Below, piece after piece: positions 60,122 through 64,000 of a stretch of DNA of 64,000 nucleotides. How positions within the stretch are numbered: the first letter of the stretch is position 1; every line of letters starts with the position of its first letter. Origin of the DNA: an uncultured delta proteobacterium. GTDB taxonomy: Bacteria; Desulfobacterota; Binatia; Binatales; Binataceae. The stretch is from positions 288,001 to 352,000 of the forward strand of contig CAVRVY010000003.1 in assembly GCA_963724765.1 (NCBI GenBank). Direction: 5' to 3'. The notes below the pieces were generated by a model. That model ran no database searches. It worked only from the letters and a program-made list of their open reading frames with translations, and was not told the DNA's origin. Both the position numbers and the translations under genes were made by a program.

Positions 60122-60499
60122 CTATTCCTTGGTCCCGCAGTACGCTTCGATCCGGTTGCCGTCAGGGTCAGTGACAAAGGCGGCGTAATAATTTTCGCCG
60201 TAGTCGGCACGCAGCCCAGGCTTGCCGTTGTCGCGCCCGCCCGCGCGGACCGCTGCGGCATGAAACGCATTCACCTCGGCGCGGCGACCGGCCTCAAGAC
60301 AGATGTGCAGGCCCGCGATGTCGCGCGGCACGGCGGCGCCGGCCGCCAGCAGCCACAGGCGCGGCCCATCGCCGCTGCCATAGCCGAGCGCGCTTGCGTC
60401 TTCGCTCAGGCACTTGGCGCCGAGCGGCGCCAGCGCCGCATCGTAGAACCGCCGCGCCTTGGCGATGTCGCTCACCCCAATCGATACGTGATGAATCAT
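60122..60499 (-). CDS. VOC/glyoxalase-family protein
   Basis: HVSIGVSD..KARRFYD; YYAAFVTDPDGNRIE. Confidence 0.92.
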   Translation of the reverse strand: MIHHVSIGVSDIAKARRFYDAALAPLGAKCLSEDASALGYGSGDGPRLWLLAAGAAVPRDIAGLHICLEAGRRAEVNAFHAAAVRAGGRDNGKPGLRADYGENYYAAFVTDPDGNRIEAYCGTKE

Positions 60500-60641
60500 T
60501 GCCCTGCTCCTTTCATGGCGGGAACGTTGAAGCGTCCCGGTTATCTAACTGGCTTGCAGGTTGAAACAACCTGTATGATGGTTAGTAGACGATTGGCGAA
60601 CGATTGTCAACCGCCATGGCGGTTAGTATGGTGAAGACCGG

Positions 60642-61298
60642 ATGACCAATGTTCAACGCATCGGGCGGACCGGCGTCCTGGTCCTGGCTCCCCGCCAGGA
60701 CCTCTGTCTCGATTTCATCAATACGCTCGCGTGGCGTGGCAGTACGCCGAGCGAAACCCTGCACGGATTGCCGGATCTCGTGCAGTGGTGTGCGTCTTCG
60801 GGCAGCCTGCTGACAGGTGAGATTGCCGGGAGCGGAACCTGGGGTAACGGGACGAACGGGACCTGGGCGGAGCGCCATCCGGCCCAAGCGTCGGCGATTT
60901 TTCGCCGCGCAATCGCGATTCGGGAGACTACTTACCGCATCTTCCATGCGGTCGCGAGCGGTGGCGTGCCGGTCGCCGATGACCTGTCGGAACTCAACCA
61001 GGCGTTGAAGGAGACTCCGGCGCGGAGCGAGCTTCAGCGTATCGGCGCGGGCTTCGGCTGGCGAGTCGAGGGGAAGCGGCCGGCGACCGCGTCGGCGCTG
61101 CTGGCCCCGGTGCTATGGTCGGCGGGTGATTTGTTGGCTGGGGCGCAACTGGCCCGGGTGCGCGAGTGCGCGAATAGCAAGTGCCTGTGGCTATTCCTGG
61201 ACGAGAGCAAGAACGGCACGCGCCGCTGGTGTTCGATGACCGCGTGCGGAAACCGCGCCAAGGCGCATCGCCACTACGCGCGCCTCAAGGGAGGTTGA
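60642..61298 (+). CDS. ABATE/CGNR zinc-finger protein
   Basis: LCLDFINT; RECANSKCLWLFLDESKNGTRRWCSMTACGNRAK. Confidence 0.92.
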   Translation: MTNVQRIGRTGVLVLAPRQDLCLDFINTLAWRGSTPSETLHGLPDLVQWCASSGSLLTGEIAGSGTWGNGTNGTWAERHPAQASAIFRRAIAIRETTYRIFHAVASGGVPVADDLSELNQALKETPARSELQRIGAGFGWRVEGKRPATASALLAPVLWSAGDLLAGAQLARVRECANSKCLWLFLDESKNGTRRWCSMTACGNRAKAHRHYARLKGG

Positions 61299-61402
61299 AC
61301 CAGCAGCTACCCGCTGCGCGCCCAGGCGTGTCAGTTCGCTGCGCCGCAAAGCGGCCGCGGCCCGTCAGAACGCGGACGTCGGTCCTCGGCGCTCGACTCT
61401 CG

Positions 61403-61957
61403 TCATGATTTCTCGTCCAGCTTTTTTATCCAGTCGGCGGTGTCCATCACTTTACTGAACATCGAGGCTTGCGTGACCAGCACCGAGTTGTGCAAGTCCT
61501 TGTCGGCAACCTTGCCCGAATCGTTTCCGACCGTCAGCGTGCCGGTGGCGTCGGAGAGAAACTCCACTTTGTAGCCGCGATGGAAGCCGTCGCGCGCAGT
61601 GCTGTCGCAGCACATCTGGGTCATGTAGCCGGTCACGGTCAAAGTGTCGACCTGGTTCTCGCGCAACCACTTCTCCAGGTCGGTCCCGGCGAAGCTCGAG
61701 GGCAGGTTTTTATCGACCAGTAAATCGGCGGGCCGGGCCGCGACGTCCTTGTGCAGATTCCACTGTTCGGTTCCGGCCTCGAACACTCCGCGGCCGCCCT
61801 TGGCCGAATGGCGCACCACGACCACGGGGACATGGTGCGCGCGCGCCGAATCCATCGCGTGCAGAATGTTGTCGAGCGATCCCGGCGGATAACTGACCGG
61901 CATTTTGCCGGTGAAATACTCATTTTGTACGTCGATGACCAAGAGCGCGCGTTTCAT
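61403..61957 (-). CDS. Isochorismatase-family cysteine hydrolase
   Basis: ALLVIDVQNEY, K..PSSF, GYMTQMCC. Confidence 0.92.
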   Translation of the reverse strand: MKRALLVIDVQNEYFTGKMPVSYPPGSLDNILHAMDSARAHHVPVVVVRHSAKGGRGVFEAGTEQWNLHKDVAARPADLLVDKNLPSSFAGTDLEKWLRENQVDTLTVTGYMTQMCCDSTARDGFHRGYKVEFLSDATGTLTVGNDSGKVADKDLHNSVLVTQASMFSKVMDTADWIKKLDEKS

Positions 61958-62047
61958 GGCATTTTCTCCTTTTGCATCTCCGGCTTCAGCGCGTGGTAGC
62001 CGCACGCGCGCGGGGTGGCTGGTCGACTCGGACGAGCCGTGCGCGGG

Positions 62048-64000
62048 CTACTTCATCACGCGCCGGGCGAAGCCTCTGCGCCGCCGCCGGGTCTTCTCCT
62101 CTTCCTTCTCGCGCTTTTCGACGATGTCGATCATCGCGAGCTGGCAGTTGTTCTTCGGATCGCCGGCAAGGCGCACGTAGCTGCCATCGGAGCGCATCTC
62201 CCACGCCGCGTGATTGGGCTTGAGCTGCGCCTCGAACACCGCCCGCAGTTCCTTGCGCAGCGTCGGATCCTCGACCGGCGCCACGGCCTCGACCCGGCTC
62301 TCCAAATTGCGTTTCATGCAATCGGCCGAGCCGATGAAATATTCCTCCGCGCCACCGTTGCGGAAGTAGTAGATGCGCCCGTGCTCGAGGAAACGCCCGA
62401 CGATGCTGACCACGCGCACACTTTCGGAGAGGCCGGGGATTCCCGGGCGCAGCCGGCAGGTGTCGCGCACGATCAGATCGATCTTCACTTCGGCCTGCGC
62501 GGCGCGGTAGAGCGCGCGCGTGATGTCGACGTCCTCGAGCGCGTTCATCTTCATTTGAATCAAGCCCGGCGAGCCGGAGCGTTGAAGCTTGATCTCGCGC
62601 TCGATCTTTTCCAGCAAAGCGCGCTTGAGCAGGGCCGGCGCCGGCAAAATTTTCTTGAACGTGCGTCCGGCGCGATAGCCAGTGGTGAGGAAATTGAATA
62701 GCTGCGTCAGGTCGGCCCCGATCGCCTCGTCGTTGGTCAGCAGCCCGAAGTCGGCGTACAGGCGCGCGGTGCCGGCGTGATAGTTGCCGGTGCCGATATG
62801 CGAGTAACGGCGCAGTCCATTGTAATCCTGGCGCACCACCAGGATAACCTTGCAGTGAGTCTTGAGTCCCACCACGCCGTAGGTGACATGGATGCCGTAT
62901 TCCTCGAGCTGCTCGGCGAACCGAATGTTGGCGGCTTCGTCGAAGCGCGCCTTGAGCTCGACCACCACGGCGACCTGCTTGCCGTTGCGAGCCGCGTCGC
63001 ACAGGTAGCCGATCACCTCCGAATCGCTGGAGGTGCGGTAGAGGGTCATCTTGATTGCCCGCACCTTGGGGTCCTCGCTGGCCTCACGCAGAAAGCGTCC
63101 CACCGAGGTCGGAAACGACTCGTACGGATGCATCAGCAGGATCGAGCCGGCATCGCGAATCACGTGAAAGATGTTGCGTGAGGGCGCAAGCCGCGCGTGG
63201 TCCGCCGGATGATGCGGCGGATCGTGCAGCGCCGGATTATCGACCGCGGTCAGCTCCATCAGGTCGCGCATCGCCAACATTCCGGCCTCGATCTCGAACA
63301 CGTCGTCGTGCTCGTCCAGGCCGAGCTCTGCCGCGAGCATCCCACGATGCGCGGGATTCATGCCCCGCACGGCTTCCATCCGGACGATCGGCGCGAACCG
63401 GCGGTCGCGCAACTCGGATTCGATCAGCGCCAGCAGATCGTCCGCCTCGTCCTCGTCGCGCTCCGTGTTGGCGTTGCGAGTGACGCGGAAGAATTCGTAG
63501 CCCTCGATCTTCGCCTCCGGGAAGAGCAGGTCGAGCGTGTGCGCGACCACGTCCTCGAGCGGGACGAAGCGCCGCGTACCATCAACCCGCAGAAAGCGCG
63601 GGATGCCGAGCCCGACCGGCACCTTGACCCGCGCCAGCGAGGGCTCGATGTCGTCGGGAGCGCGCAGCGTGACCAGCAGATTCAGCGAGAGGTTGGAGAT
63701 GAACGGGAACGGATGCGCCGGATCCATCGCTTGCGGCGTCATCAAGGGAAAAATATTGCGCAGGTAATATTCGCGAATGGCGGCCTGTTCGGCCGGCGTC
63801 AGCTCCTCGAAGGAGAGCACGTGGATGTCGCATTCGCCGAGACGCCTGAGCAGCACGGGCAGTAGCGCGCGCTGCTCCGCCTCGAATTCGCGCACCTCGG
63901 CCAGACACTCCGCGATCTGTTGCTGTGGCGTGCGCCCGTCGTCAGTCAGTTCCTGCATCCCGGCAATCGCCTGTTGCTTAAGGCCGCCGATCCGCTTCAT
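62048..64000 (-). CDS. ppk1: Polyphosphate kinase 1 (5'-partial)
   Basis: HPFPFISNLSLN, HPYESF, IKMTLYRT, ELKARFDE, KTHCK, GRFLEH. Confidence 0.96.
   Translation of the reverse strand: MKRIGGLKQQAIAGMQELTDDGRTPQQQIAECLAEVREFEAEQRALLPVLLRRLGECDIHVLSFEELTPAEQAAIREYYLRNIFPLMTPQAMDPAHPFPFISNLSLNLLVTLRAPDDIEPSLARVKVPVGLGIPRFLRVDGTRRFVPLEDVVAHTLDLLFPEAKIEGYEFFRVTRNANTERDEDEADDLLALIESELRDRRFAPIVRMEAVRGMNPAHRGMLAAELGLDEHDDVFEIEAGMLAMRDLMELTAVDNPALHDPPHHPADHARLAPSRNIFHVIRDAGSILLMHPYESFPTSVGRFLREASEDPKVRAIKMTLYRTSSDSEVIGYLCDAARNGKQVAVVVELKARFDEAANIRFAEQLEEYGIHVTYGVVGLKTHCKVILVVRQDYNGLRRYSHIGTGNYHAGTARLYADFGLLTNDEAIGADLTQLFNFLTTGYRAGRTFKKILPAPALLKRALLEKIEREIKLQRSGSPGLIQMKMNALEDVDITRALYRAAQAEVKIDLIVRDTCRLRPGIPGLSESVRVVSIVGRFLEHGRIYYFRNGGAEEYFIGSADCMKRNLESRVEAVAPVEDPTLRKELRAVFEAQLKPNHAAWEMRSDGSYVRLAGDPKNNCQLAMIDIVEKREKEEEKTRRRRRGFARRVMK

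Overview
High-GC bacterial window (gene content resembles Candidatus Binatota / Deltaproteobacteria-like soil bacteria; inference only) dominated by tandem genomic islands at a tRNA-Ala(GGC) site. The 3' half of that tRNA occurs twice as a 44-bp direct repeat (14669-14712 and 33579-33622), and the intact tRNA is not in the window. Island 1 (<1-14713) is a compact phage-satellite-like element: tyrosine integrase, SSB, AlpA/Xis HTH, a lambda-O-like initiator with internal iterons, two probable DNA-ejection/virion proteins (one with a lytic transglycosylase domain) and a three-gene operon with a putative ADP-ribosyltransferase-like toxin. No capsid, portal or tail gene is visible. Its most striking feature is a 14-18 bp palindrome, (T)CCTATGCGCATAGG(A), present seven times, always between genes, and not seen elsewhere in the window. 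Island 2 (14714-33622) carries a TerS-like gene, two degenerate P-II proteins, an orphan cyclic-nucleotide-binding domain, a truncated sigma54 activator, a gene split by a nested MITE plus IS630, a SET-domain gene, a sigma54-type kdpFABC operon with atypical KdpA and KdpC, an enolase pseudogene, a dynamin-like gene and an MFS. The rest holds an RND efflux operon (with a collapsed second permease and possible arrest-peptide uORFs), DksA/TraR-like and Crp regulators, an amide/C1 catabolic cluster (amidase, GATase, purU, folD, GFA, nitrilase, deacetylase), several housekeeping-type genes and a 5'-partial ppk1. All calls come from reading motifs by eye; no database searches were run.
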